A stretch of DNA of 64,000 nucleotides from Mytilus californianus (GCF_021869535.1 NW_026262690.1:29946001-30010000), one strand, 5' to 3'. Shown: positions 1-13,240, counted from the stretch's first letter. Notes: generated by a model from the sequence alone, not told the origin. Numbers and translations: made by a program.

Positions 1-115
1 AACCAACATATAATAGTATTAAATCATAACATGGATGGTGATGTGGATAAGGTAAAGAAATGTAAGTGAAAGTAGTTCCGGTACACAATGTACCTATTTT
101 TTGTATAATAAAACA

Positions 116-2975
116 TTATTCTTCTAATATTGGAAGCCAGGGGTCCCAACAGGTATTGGTCATATGAAAAGGGTTTCTTTTAAAAAATATATTCTTTTCT
201 AGTGCCAGAGATTCTTTGAGGTAATTTTTAAGTCCTGTAAAATTTACCTTATTTTCACAGAGTTTTGTTCTATAAATATAGGATTTTGTAAGGAGTATTA
301 TTAAGTTTTTTATCATATTATTTCTTTTGTTACCGGTATTAAATTTCCAAATAAAATAATATCTATATTAAATGGAATTAATATTTGTGTTTGGTTATAA
401 ATTCAATCACCAAGTTCAATCCATAAATCTGAAATTTTATAGCATGTCCAAAATATGTGCTCGATATCTTCAATAGCTTCATTACAGAAAGTACATTTAT
501 CTGTTTGTTTTATCTTAATTTTGAATAAAAATTCATTTGTGCCTATGATTCTGTGTACTATTCTGTATTGGAACCAATGAAGTTTAGAGCTTTTTGTGGT
601 GTAGAAAGACATATTATGCACTTTTTTCCAATTAAATTTTTTGTTTAATCTTAGAGACCATTTATCTTCACAGCTAGGCCTTGTACTATTTTTTTCTAAT
701 AAAACATTATACATATCTTTTGACCCTTTATTTGATAAAAAAAATGTTCTTATGTTATTTGGAAGAATTGGTCCATGAATTTTATAAAGATTGTCTATAA
801 AGATATTATGTTTAAGAGAATTTTGATATGATTTTATTGCTGATATAACCCCATTATAAACTAGAAAGTTAGATTTAATTTCATAAATATTTTTGCATTG
901 TTCAAAAGACATTAATTTACCCTCATTATCTACCAGATCATTGATCAACAAAATACCATTATCAGCCCAGTCTTTATAGAAAACAGATGCGTTACCTATT
1001 TTAATACTTTCATTACTCCAAAGTGAGTCTGTTAAAAAATCTTCTTCATTTTTTGGTATAAGTTTATTTTGCATTTCTGTCCATGCTTGAAAAAACCTCT
1101 TTCCAAAAGGGGTTTTTACATCTGTTTGGTGGACCTAGAAATACTAGTTTTTCAATATTAATATTTTCTGTGCTTTCTATTAGCTTTTTGAGTTTTGTAT
1201 TGTTTTTTAGCAACCGTCGGACCCACGTTAGTTTTAACCCTTTAATATATTCTTCAATATCTAGCATTTTCAGCCCCCCCCCCCCCCCCAAATTTATATT
1301 CCAGACATAATATTTCTCATTTAATCTTGTCAGGCTTGTTTTCCCAAATAAATGAATACATTGTATGAATAAGTTGTTTAAGAGTAGTATAGCATGGTGC
1401 TTGTAATGTTAAAAACAGATGACTTAATTTTGAAATAATTAGTGTCTTTATAATTGTTATCTTTCCCACTGGAGTAAGTGTTTGTTTATACCAAATATTA
1501 ATTATATTTTCAATTTCTTTTATTTTAGGATAATAGTTCAAAGATTCTATTTCTTGCAAATTGACCGAAAAGTTTATTCCAAGTAGTTTAAACCTACTGG
1601 AACCCCATTCCAATCCCCACTTTACACACATGGTGTCTTGACTATATTTTTTCTTCCCTATCCACACCACCTTTGTCTTATCTAAGTTCATATGGAGACC
1701 AGACATTTCAGCATATTTATGTAATAGGCGGAGAGATGCATCAAGAGATTCTGGTGTACCGTCAAGAATAATTGAAGTGTCATCAGCATATTGAGAGATC
1801 AAATATTCGGTATCATCTATTTTAATTCCCTTTATTTCTTTATTTTTTCTAATTAATATTCCAAGTATTTCTGCACATAAAAGAAATATATAAGGTGATA
1901 AAGGATCCCCTTGTCGACAACCTCTTTGAATTTCAAAGAATTCAGATAAAAAACAATTTTGAGAAACTGCAGAACTTATATTTTTGTAAAAGGTTCTTAC
2001 CCAGTGTTTTATAGAGGGGCCAAAATTGAAAAAGTCTAAAACATTTTCAATGAAATTCCATGATACAGAATCAAAAGCTTTTTCAAAATCTATGAGAAGG
2101 AGCAGTCCTGGTAAATCATTAAGTTCTGTATGAAATAAAATATCATAAATAAGACGAGTATTTTCCCCTATAAATCTACCAGGAATGAAACCGGTCTGAT
2201 CACTGTTTATAATTTGAGGTAGAACTTATTTTATACGCTCAGCTTTGCAGCTTGATGCTAATTTATATGTGGTATTTAGTAAACTTATTGGTCGCCAGTT
2301 TTTCATGAACTGTCTTGGTTTATCTCCCTTTGGTATACAGGTTATAATACCTTGTCTTTGAGTAATAGATAATTCCCCCTTTTTGTAACCATTAATTATA
2401 GAGCGAAATACCTATTTTCCCATATCTATCCAAAAAAACTTGAAAAATTCATTTGTGAAACCATCTGACCCAGGGCTTTTCTCATTTTTCATTTTTCGCA
2501 AAGCTGATGTTAATTCATTATAAGTAATTTCACCCTCTAAAGATTCTTTTATGGTATTATTTAGTTTTTAAATATCAGTATAAAGGATTTCACAATTAAG
2601 GTTAACATTATTCAAGCTTTCTGTTTTGGTATATAGCCTTTTGTAATAATTGTTTGCCTCCTTTAATATTTTATCTTGCTCACCGATAGTGTCCCCTCTT
2701 TCATTGACTAATTTTGGAATAGTTTTATTTATAAAATGTTTGGTTTCTAAATTTAGAAAAAAGTTTGAAGGTTTTTCTCCTTCTTCTATCCATTGCATTT
2801 TGGATCTGATGTAGGACCCCCTTATTTTTTCTTGCCTTAATACTTTTAGATCAGTTTTCTTTTTTTTCAATTTCAGTAAAGATTTCTTCTGACAAGATTT
2901 GTTCTTCTAGTTTTTTAATATCTTCTGATAATATTCTTTTTTTTTTATCTTTTTGTTTCTTTTTAGTTTATTAAT
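116..2975 (-). mobile_element. 5'-truncated L1/Tx1-clade LINE (ORF2: linker, RT, C-terminal zinc finger), disrupted
   Basis: Minus-strand translation gives IRSKMQWIEEGEKPSNFFLNLE (linker), KSPGSDGFTNEFF, NWRPISLLN, IDFEKAFDS, GCRQGDPLSP, QYADD and FQYRIVH...CTFC...EHIFWTC. Broken by frameshifts, including a C16 run at 1274-1289; no endonuclease domain present. Confidence 0.95.
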
Positions 2976-3709
2976 CAAAGTACTGAAGTACTGAACATCG
3001 GATGATCGCAGGTTTTGTGGATTGTCAAAAGCACTTGTCACAGAAAAAAATCACATCTCTATACCTGAATTTGAGGTTAATGTACAGAGATCTTTTTTTC
3101 TGAGACAAGTTCGTGCGTGGATGATGAATAAATGACAGGAAATTCAACCTGTAGTGATACAAATCAGTAAACACTGGATTGTTGTTATATATGATATTAA
3201 TATAACAGTTACATGTATATATAATTTTCATCCATTTGTATATCATTCTATTACACTATTCTAATAAGAGTGCAGTGCAAGTGCATGGTGGACACTCTTC
3301 TGTAAAAATTCGATTTTTCTAAAAGATTGGATATGAGTAGGCATTCAGATTTTCCCGCAAAAATAATTACAGAGTTACCGGTCCTTGCCGGGATTGTCGC
3401 AAAATGTTCTTAAGATATTCTTCCGCTTGCTTTACCATATCAATGATTTTTTACTTATATATATATATCTAACGACAAAACATTTTCATATTATTGATTT
3501 ATGTTCTAAACAAAAATATTGTTATCAGTATTCATTGAAGAGATGTATTTATAAAAAACGATAAGGAATGTTATTTTGCACTCTTTAATATCCGAGTATT
3601 TAACATGTTTATAGATCGGTTACAAACCCAAAACGAAAGTTACGTAATGGAAATCTAGGCGATAGCAATACATCGGAATGCCCTCACGGTCATCGCGATG
3701 TAAAAAATC
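2970..3709. repeat. Unclassified ~750-bp interspersed repeat, copy 1
   Basis: Runs from attaatcaaagtactgaagtactgaacatcgg to cacggtcatcgcgatgtaaaaa; a colinear second copy lies at 13241-14039. Confidence 0.9.
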
Positions 3710-4009
3710 AATGGAAAACGTGAAGAATTTGTGAAAATTGTATATCAAGTGATACATTTAATTTGACGACGTCAGCGTAGCACCGTCTCCAATAGCATCC
3801 TATTGTTCTGAAAATTGTTTAAAATAGGGCGCCTTAGGGCGGTATATATACCGATATATTTGTTGGTTATCTGAACGTGAAAGACTTTTTGTGAAACAAT
3901 AATGTCTGAATACTGTTTTGACACCAAAACTGATATAATTCTGAACAGTTTATTAGAAGATTTTCGTGATCTTCAGCATCGATTTGAGAAGTTTGAAAGC
4001 AAACTGAGA

Positions 4010-4690
4010 AGATAACTGTTATACTATCCACGGTTAATTCACTTGCCCACAAAGTAAATGATGTAGAAAAGAAACTCGAGTTTGTGATGAATCGGAGCAC
4101 TGAAATTGAAGGGGCGTTGAAAACATGAGTCATATAATGCACAAAGTGGTAGATAGGTGTAAAGAAATCATTTCAAACATTACAAGTCTGAAAACTGCAG
4201 TATTGCAACATTACGATCATGGTATATGTAACAACGTAGATTTAAGATTGAGTAACATTGAAGATGATGTTATCGAGCTAAAGTGCCGCTCAATGAAAAC
4301 CAACCTTATGTTTACTGGCATTCAATTTCACCCGGTATAAAACACAGAAGATACACTTAATTCTTTTATCAAACAAAAGTTAAATATTGACCAAAAAGTC
4401 AACTTCGTTTCAGTTCACCTATTCTTGAAAAGAGGTCGCAAGGGTAATCGTCCGATTTTAGCAAAATTTATATCAACTAAGGATAAAGAAATTGTACAGA
4501 AAAAACGGATTCAAATTAATGTGGACAAATTTCGGAGTACAAGAACAATTTCCAAAAGAAATCGAACAAAAAAGAAAAACTTTATATCCGGTGGCAAAAC
4601 AGCAGGTCAGACGGGAAAAAAGGAAAGTACTCCTGGTAAGAGGCAAGCTGTACATCGACGGTAATTTGTTCCAACCAAATACTGAAGTAG
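4010..4690 (+). pseudogene. Decayed LINE ORF1p (L1/Tx1 type: coiled coil, RRM, CTD)
   Basis: IEDDVIELKCRSMKTNLMFTGI, RPILAKF and FGVQEQFPKEIEQKRKTLYP...VRGKLYIDG match the ORF1p pattern; spread over several frames with stops; no ORF2 follows. Confidence 0.75.
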
Positions 4691-7551
4691 CCGAAAACGA
4701 AAAAGTACAAGATGCATGTGCCTCGAGTATAATGCATGCGCGAGATATACCACAACAGTACAAAAGATCAACACATGAATCTGATTCATCGCAGCATAAA
4801 TGGCTTTCGCGTGTTGGAACAAATGAAACAAGATTTGACTACCAAACACTTAAAACACAAACAGTTTTTATACATGAAAGCAAGTTATTCTACTAAAATG
4901 TGAAAAGGGAACATTATTTCGTTAAATTATTACTTTATTATACATCGTTTAAGAGACAGGCATTTTCCGAAGAAAATGGTGGGTTAAACCTAGTTAAACC
5001 AAGCCTCCCACTTGTATGACAGTTGTTTATTGTTCCGTTATATTGACAAAATTGGATGAGCAACCTAAACAGACATAATAGGTTAATGTGACAATAATTG
5101 AGATCCAGCAGCCAAAACTTTGTAAATATACATCACAGACATACAACACAACTGACTAAAATATTCAAACAAACATACAAATTAATCTAATTAACAAAGA
5201 CGTCAACAAAAAGATGTAGTAGATAGTAAATTTTAAAATTGACAATGACGTCAACAAAAATAGTTTTAGTCGTTGATAGTACATACCATATATAGTATAT
5301 ACACTTTATGCGCGCGTTTTCAGTTTTTGGGTTTTTTTATGGGGGCAAGTTTCTAATTTTTTGTGGTTTCCTTTGTCTCTTGTTATTCATTTTTGTCTTT
5401 TTCTTTTTTTTTGTATGACCGTCGACTTATGTTGTTGAATGCATCCTTTGAATTTTAAGATTTTGTAGCAAGTTGTCTAACTAACAAGACTTACGAATTT
5501 GATTTCACGTGTTAAAATCCTAAATCTTTCTCCTTTACCAATTAGTGGTTAAATATAATGCACTTTTTTTTAACTATTGCGCTTTTTTGAAATACGGAAC
5601 AGAATTTTAAACTGGTTGAAGGATTCCATAGGACATTCTATTTTGATTTCTCTCCGTAAGGAGATGACTCGAAAGCAGAAATGATGGTCATAATGTATAA
5701 AATAAATATTCAGCAGACTTTCCAACGAATTCTTAAAAAATCCAACCGTGTATAGAAAAAGCGAATATAACCTTTCCGTGTTGTGGTCACTTCCTTATTC
5801 CGAACTGGAAACTGACTCGAGGTCGTGGCTTTGGTGTTTCAAAGACGGACTTTTAACTTAGTTTTAATTCATGTCTGTGATAGCACATTATGTCTTCTTG
5901 ACATTTATACAAAAGAGCAGGAGTTAGAAAGCACTATGATTCGGTTAATTCTGAAGGCAGATTTCTGTAATCCTTGAGGAGACAGTCAACATAAGACAGT
6001 GAAATTTAACATGCGTTCTGGACATCCGTCAAGGAAATACTCCCCAGATAGTTATCATAAATAGACTTTGTAGGATTTATGCTTCGGTAATATCACTCTT
6101 GAAAAGGGGTTGTTTTGATATCGATGTTGCGACAGAACATGCGACATTACAACAAAAACATATTGTGTGATATTTTTTTAACGTTTTTAATTAAATAACT
6201 TAGTTGTCGTCTGCAGGAAAAGTGTTTAATGTTATAAAAATTCGATTTGGAGATATGTCAGATAAAGAATTGAAAATCACATTATTTCAAAATGCTTTCA
6301 AGAGAAGACGGATGAATAATTTAGTTCCGAATATACATTGTATGTGATGACATCGCAAATGTAAAAAAATGTCTTATGTTTTCATTCAATGATTGACAAG
6401 TGTCCGTTCAAATCAAGTAAAGCAAGTAAAGTTATTTAAAAATCTTTTCTTCCTGCTTAATGATATTTTAATTTAATTTTTTAGATCTGGCTAAATCTAA
6501 TTGCCAGTAAAAGACAGTGATTATCTGTGATCGATTAAATATTTAGGCGAGATTTTCTAATGTTAAAGAGAACACGGCATTTAAGCAAGGAATGGGATAT
6601 TTTAAAATGCATGGATGTCATTACTATTCAGAAAAGTTTCAATTAGAATTATTGTCTTGGATAAAGAATTGTCTTTGACTAAAGAAGTACTTATAACAAT
6701 AAAGTTTATGAACTTTACGTGAATGGTAATATCTCAGGATATCAAAGTTCACTGAAAGATTGTAATACGATCGACGCTTTTTTATTGATATCCTTTAATA
6801 CCGCTAGTAAAGTACGTAAGTTGGGAATTTACAGGGTATTTTTTTTTTCGTTTTCTCAGAATTTTCAATCAGGTAATAAAAAAACGAATAAAGGGAAAAC
6901 GAATTGATTTATGTCAGAATCTAGAAAATAGAAAATTACGTAAATAACAAAAAATCTCACTCAAAATGGAAGGTTTAGGTAAAATTAGAACAATAATAGG
7001 AGAAAGTATAATAATGCCAGTTTTTGTCCCTTCAATTTAGAAATCATAAAGTAATAGCTGATGCTCAGTTCAAAATCAAAGGCACCAACAAACCCGTCGA
7101 ACTAACCGGATGTTGTATCAAAATTTAAAAGGGATCATGGGCCAATGGCTTAAAAATGACTTACTTTAAGTATTGATGGCAGTGACATTTAGCGCATGAG
7201 ATCTGCATTATCTATGTTGTTTAGGATGAAATCTTTGTTGATATCAGCAAGTGACAGACACGATAGCATTCAAAGGACAGAAAGGATGTGGCGTATTAAT
7301 TTATTACACAAAACCCCAATTCACGAACTTGACCCAATGCAAAACAAAGCTCATATTCGGCTGTTCTTTGTATTAAAATCAGACTGGGACCTTCAACAAA
7401 GTACAAAAAAACTCGTTCAACTCAGGAAATTCGAGACGGTCCTAGCTCAATATGTCCGATAACGCCACATATATGACCGTATCAAGTTGATGGAGTCTTG
7501 TCCAATTGATTTCCACGCCACGGCATTGTACGACTATTGTCTAACTTAGTG

Positions 7552-7921
7552 AACCGTCTCGGTAGTCTCGTGGTAGCGTGTTCGCCTCGAGTGCGGAAGG
7601 TCGTAGGTTCGAACCCCGGCCGGGTCAAACCAAAAATTTTAAAATTGGTATTTGCTGCTTCTCCGCTAAGCACGCGGCATTAAGGAGTAAGAGCAAAGAC
7701 TGATCGGCTAGGAGTCAAAATAATGTGTCCGTGTAAGGTGACATGCCGGCATTAAGGAGTAAGAGCACAGACTGGTCGGCTCGGAGTCAGAATAATGTGT
7801 CCGTGTAAGGTGACAGCGTGTCGGTCTAGTTCCTATTCATATTACATTAACAAGTTCTCGTCCTCAATATGCATATTAATTTTGTCGCTTGACGTTAAGA
7901 AGCCATCAATCATCATCATCA
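7552..7921 (+). mobile_element. tRNA-derived SINE (bivalve Meta/MESC-core type) with 12-bp TSD
   Basis: A-box-like tagtctcgtgg at 7563, B box ggttcgaaccc at 7606-7616, core ttggtatttgctgcttctccgctaagcacgc, (cat)n tail; TSD tctaacttagtg at 7540-7551 and 7922-7933. Core family name is from recall. Confidence 0.9.
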
Positions 7922-7954
7922 TCTAACTTAGTGTGAATGATATTAACATGTACT

Positions 7955-8257
7955 ACCCCGCCACATTCTGTATGTGCCTGTCCCAAGACAGGAGCCTGTA
8001 ATTCAGTGGTTGTCGTTTGTTACTGTGTAACATATTTGTTTTTCGTTCATTATTTTGTACATAAATTAGGCTATTAGTTTTCTCGTTTGTCATGTTTTAC
8101 ATTTCTCATTTCGGGGCCTTTTATAGCTGACTATGCGGTTTGGGCTTTGCTCATTGTTGAAGACCGCACGGTGACCTACAGTTGTTAATTTCTGTGATAT
8201 TTGTACTATTGTGGAGAGATGTCTCATTGGCAATCATGCCACATCTTCTTATTTTCA
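7955..8257 (-). repeat. High-copy mussel-type interspersed repeat (aagatgtggtatgattgccaatgagac family)
   Basis: Reverse-complement match to copies at 14446-14811 and 52782-53185; further fragments at about 33.98-34.81 kb. Confidence 0.85.
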
Positions 8258-8274
8258 TAATCCATACTTTAAAT

Positions 8275-8900
8275 GCAAATCAAAATGTTTTAAATGTAGT
8301 GCTTCCGAAGCGCTTTACTGCATTTACCTTCATCGGGACCGCTCAAACCCAAAAATTTGAAAGCCAATGATGTATAAATACCCGAAAAAGTTAGAAGTTA
8401 TATACTATTAACAGAAAGGGACCTATAATATAGCCAAATTCAGTTAAGGTCAACTTTGCCTGAGGCATTTGGAACCTAAACTCTGAATAATTTCTTGATT
8501 TATCAACGGAGGATTTTTTTAAAAAGTGTGTTATAAATCATGTCAGTACCGAAGCACTTACTACTGAGCAGATGAAACAGTCCACCAGAAGTGGTATCAA
8601 ATGAAAATAAATACTTCATGAATTGCATGCGTCCGACGCGCTTTTCTGGATTTATCTTCATCAGGAACGCTCAAATCTCAAAATTTGAAAATTTGTGAGA
8701 AATAAATACATGAGGAGGCTTTTTACCATTTTTGGATTCACCTTCACTAGACATTACCTAATCCAAAAACGTGAAAGCCAAGGATGTGTAAATACCCGAA
8801 ACGTGAGGTGCTATAAGACTAAAAGGTACATGCTGTAAGACTAAAAGGTACATAGAATAGCCTAATTCATCGAAGGTCAACTTTGCCTGAGGAAGTTGAA
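8275..8900 (-). mobile_element. Tandem degenerate Penelope-like terminal repeats carrying hammerhead-like motifs
   Basis: Related modules near 8300, 8630 and 8750, with shared ggtcaactttgcctgagg blocks at about 8450 and 8880; related + strand copies at about 10.88-11.07 kb and 31.79-31.92 kb. Confidence 0.6.
8629..8670 (-). ncRNA. Minimal type I hammerhead ribozyme-like motif
   Basis: Minus strand reads gcgttc CTGATGA agataaatcca GAAA agcgcg TC ggacgc: both core boxes, a 6-bp stem I and a GUC site are present; stems II and III are imperfect. Confidence 0.55.
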
Positions 8901-9688
8901 ATCTTACTTGTTAAAAATATATAATGTAACCAGAAATGAAATGATTAAATTTTATTTCTCACTTACATAATAGTGAAAGACGTCACTGCCAGGATGATTT
9001 ATATTATGATAGAAGGAAATTGAAAAACTGTTATATATATATGCAATGAAAAGTGCTATAAAAATGAAGGAATATTTAATAACGATTTTGATGAAGGCTG
9101 AGTATGTCTCCACGTTCATCCTCTATTTAAAAAGATCCGTTAATAGCTTGCACTCAATGCCACGTGTTTGAATGACAATTGCAATAGTAATGAAAACTTT
9201 ATGCATTAAAGTATGACATACTGTACCAGACGAAACCATGATAATTGAATATCCCTTGTTTTACTTTATTGAAATTATTGGGTTAGTTGGGATTAAAGTA
9301 ATAAATATTTTAGAAAAGGTTGGTATTTGATTTTGTTGTTCGATATTACCATATGACATAATTTTATCTGATACAGACTTTAAAGTGAATAGCTGCGGTG
9401 GTGGGTTCGTGTTGCTCAGTTTTCAATTGTAGTGTTTCTTTTTGTCTTTTTTCTGTTTTTGCCATGGCGTTGTCTGTTTGTTTTCGACTTGTGATTTTGA
9501 ATGTTCCTTTGGTGTCTTTCGCCTCTCTCTTACTCAGATTGAATAGCAACAGAATTTAAATCTGTATAAGAAATTCAAATCAATTAAGAATGTTTTGCTT
9601 TGCCCAAATATCTTTTATTTTTTCATTTCGTCAAAATAATTCGTCAGGAATACCAAATGAATAAAAAAATTATTGATAAATTTTACAG

Positions 9689-9789
9689 GTAGTGAAGATC
9701 CTGATTATTGTCGTCTGCCTGTTCGTTATCTGTTGGCTACCATTGCAGATTTACAATGTTGTGTCGCAAGTGTACCGAGAGGTTAATGA
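9689..9789 (+). CDS. Lkr: Neuropeptide GPCR (leucokinin/lymnokinin receptor-like), TM6 exon
   Basis: ttttacag acceptor and gtaagt donor; encodes VVKILIIVVCLFVICWLPLQIYNVVSQVYREVN with the CWLP motif; ends in phase 2 (ga), joining the t of the exon at 29360 to give Asp. Confidence 0.88.
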
Positions 9790-10080
9790 GTAAGTATTGT
9801 GTAATATATCAGCAACTGTCATTGAGAAACCATGCTTTGCAGGTCTTTTTAAGTAAATATGCATTGACTCCCTAAATCATTGAAAGGAAAATTATCTGTC
9901 TTTTTATGATCTATTTGTGACGTAAGTTGTTGAGGGCGGGACACAGTATTCTAATGCAACAAACAAGAAAATAGTTTTATAAAGTTTAAAGGCTCGATTT
10001 AAAAGGTAAATAAATGATTTGATTAATCCATGTCATTTATACAAGGAACTTTTCGTGTTTCAAATATGTTCGTTATCTTT

Positions 10081-10378
10081 GATTTCATTTTCAATGTTCA
10101 ATGACTGAATAGAATCACTTTACAGGTTCCATGATAAGTGATTTCATTTTCAATGTTCAATGACTGAATAGAATCACTTTACATGTTCCATGATAAGTGA
10201 TTTCATTTTCAATGTTCAGTGACTGAATAGAATCACTTTACATGTTCCATGATAAGTGATTTCATTTTCAATGTTCAATGACTGAATAGAATCACTTTAC
10301 AGGTTCCATGATAAGTGATTTCATTTTCAATGTTCAATGACTGAATAGAATCACTTTACATGTTCCATGATAAGTGAT
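10081..10378. repeat. Tandem repeat, 59-bp unit, 5 copies
   Basis: Unit gatttcattttcaatgttcaatgactgaatagaatcactttacaggttccatgataagt starts at 10081, 10140, 10199, 10258 and 10317. Confidence 0.97.
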
Positions 10379-13240
10379 CGTTCCAGTTTCCAAAAGAAAC
10401 AGATCAGATAGATTTGTTATATTATATAGATAGAATACATTTAAAATAAGGAGTCTAAAACGTGGATTTTTAAGCAATGCCCATTTGAATTGTTTCACCC
10501 GACCTTGCTCTCATTTAAATGAGTCATTTATTAATGAGAATTTTTCTTATTTAGATCAGTTCCTTGTAATTATAAAGAAAAGGCCGACTATATTTGCTTT
10601 ATATTTGCTTCATAAAAGGCCGACTATATTTGCTTTATAGAACAATTTTAATGTGTTTATGTTCGACTGACAGAAAACATCTCACCTTTTATACATAATG
10701 TTCATCGATCATTGATCAACACGAGGTTTTTATTATTAGATGATATTTTCAGTTACTATGAATAATAGGTCAATTGTATTTTGTCTACGGAATCATGGGA
10801 AGAAGCAAATGTCCGACTGACAGGATTCAACTGACCATTTAATATGCTGTTGGTTTATACTTGTAAATACATTTTATATTTCTGGCTTTCCAAACTTTTG
10901 GCCTCTAGCGTATCTGATGCCGGAAACTTATTCTAGAAACAGGTATTGTGCGCAGGGGAAATTTAATAAAATAAATATTCTTGTACACTGGTTTGGTACT
11001 ATGCTGATGGACTATCTGAGACTGACTTCCACCCAGTAGGCAATACTTTTGTATTGGCATGATTTAAATGATGCATTATGCTTGTAAATTTGGAGTTCAT
11101 TTAAATTATGTAATTAAGCTAATAATAGTCTGTAACTCACTCTGATCGTAGAAGCAATGAAGTCAGTTTCTCGGTAACTGTATGTAACATATTATCAAGT
11201 GAGCCTGTCTGTTTTCATAGTTTATTGTTCAGTGTTGATTTATTGTGATAATCTTGACCCCACTTTTATTGTTCTGTGATCAACCTTAAGATTAAGCATG
11301 TTCAGTAGTTAGGGAGACATTTCAATTACTGTTAGAAGTCAACTGTATGCTCTTATAAAAAATATTGAATCTACATTTTTCACCTAGGGTATAATTCTTG
11401 AGATAATTTCTCCTAAGTATTAGATGTTTTTTTACAAACTATATAAACTTTTTGATTTTGATATTTTGATAATAATAAAAGACCAAACGATTCGTGTTCT
11501 CAAACAAAACATTATACTAATATTACTAGAATTGAAATATTTTTCTATTACAAAATTAAGATTTAATGTACAACAAAACACGTGACGCATTCACATTAAA
11601 GATAGTATGGAACTTGTCAAAACTGTCTCTTCACGTCAATAATGTCAACATATACATTCAATATAATAACACGACTTTTTATCATGTAGTATTCAAAAAA
11701 ATTGACCGTAAACCAACGGAAGTCCTTTGATTGTGATGGATCATATGTCAGAAAATTATTATACTAAAAAGTTGAGTAATATATGGTTGCCAACATGGTT
11801 ATAAAATCTATGTACCATCACTATTTATTGAAAACAAATGAAAGAGAAAATAATTTTGGCATTTGTAGCTGTATATATGGAAAAGTTATATGTTTACTCC
11901 CAAAATAATATGTATTATTTTGTTTACGGTTAATGAAATATATCTATTGTGTTGTACTTTTGAAATTCTTAGAATAAGCTAAGAGATTTGAACCAATCTG
12001 ATGTTGTATGAAGATTGATCAGCAATTCTGAACTCATCTAAGGTCACGATTGTGGGAACTTATAACCCTTCCGAAGCACCTGATTTGACCCTCGGTTTTG
12101 TGTTCTTGTTGCTTTAGTTTTCTATGAAGTAATTTGGAGACTTTCTTTTGGTACGATGTTGTCTGTGCCTTCTGCGACTTGTGAGTTTGAATGCCTTAGA
12201 GATATTCTCCTTTGTATTAAACTATTATTCCTGTGGAGCTGAGTTTGATGCCCTAGAGATATTCTCCTTTTTATTATTCCTGTGGAGACTGATTATTAGA
12301 ATTAAAACTCTTATGTTTCGTTCTTTTATTCCCTTCATTTATTTCGTGAAATTTTCTAATATACAATAGGCAATTGTTTATTGTTTGCTTTCGTTGAAAG
12401 CAATTCGACAGAGAAATGTCTTCATTGGGTTATAAGTGTTTTTATTCACAACTTGAATCAACTAGCCTGATTTACATTCAGGATATAATCAATGAAATAA
12501 TCTTATCTTTCAATGCAGGACTGAAAATTAATTAGATCATGGTGATGCCGTAAAAAGAAATGCAAACAAAATGAAACCAAAAATATACACCAAAAGACTG
12601 AAATCTATAAATCTAATCATCATCTGAGAGATATATAATTATGAGTAACTTATAACGACACTGATTAAGTTCTATTTAGTGTTACGGTTAGTTACTTGTC
12701 ATCCTACCTTTATAAACTTGGACCATTTGATAATTATTATAGTTTCAAAGTAATTAGGGAACAGTTGCACTCTTATATTCAGTAATTTTAAAATGTCACG
12801 CTTTTTTTTTAAAGAATTTGTGATTGTTTCGTAACATCTAACTATACCTTCCCTGTATTTAATTGCCAACAGGAATTTTGGCGATGCTTTAGTGCTTTGC
12901 CAATGAAATGATTTATATTTCATGACAATATTTTATAAGGGGGAAGTAAAGGACATGAAATAGTTATACAAAATCAAACGTGTTTTACCCTGGGTGTTTG
13001 GTGACATCTTTTGAAACGGTCAATCATTTCTGGTTAAGTAAGACATAAATATATACGGAAATAACTTCTGAAGGCATGATGAATGATTGCTTTAACCATT
13101 TACAATTTTCAGGCAATATTATTGGTCAAGTCTGTTATTGTAATTCTTGATTTATGGTGTCTGAAAATGAAGACAGGTTTATTAAGAATCTAACAACTGG
13201 GAAACATCGTTATCAAACTTAATATTTCTAAGGGGACGAT

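Noticed and set aside
5640-6140. Slightly GC-richer stretch that looks like decayed coding sequence
   Set aside because: Stops in the frames examined and no recognisable motif.
7552-7625. Possible tRNA gene
   Set aside because: A and B boxes are present, but it continues into a SINE core and tail and is bounded by a TSD; no convincing cloverleaf.
3000-9688. TM1-TM5 exons of the GPCR
   Set aside because: No DRY, TM-like or TM5/ICL3 exon found; ORFs 6719-6907 and 7196-7462 lack GPCR features. The exons probably lie left of the window.
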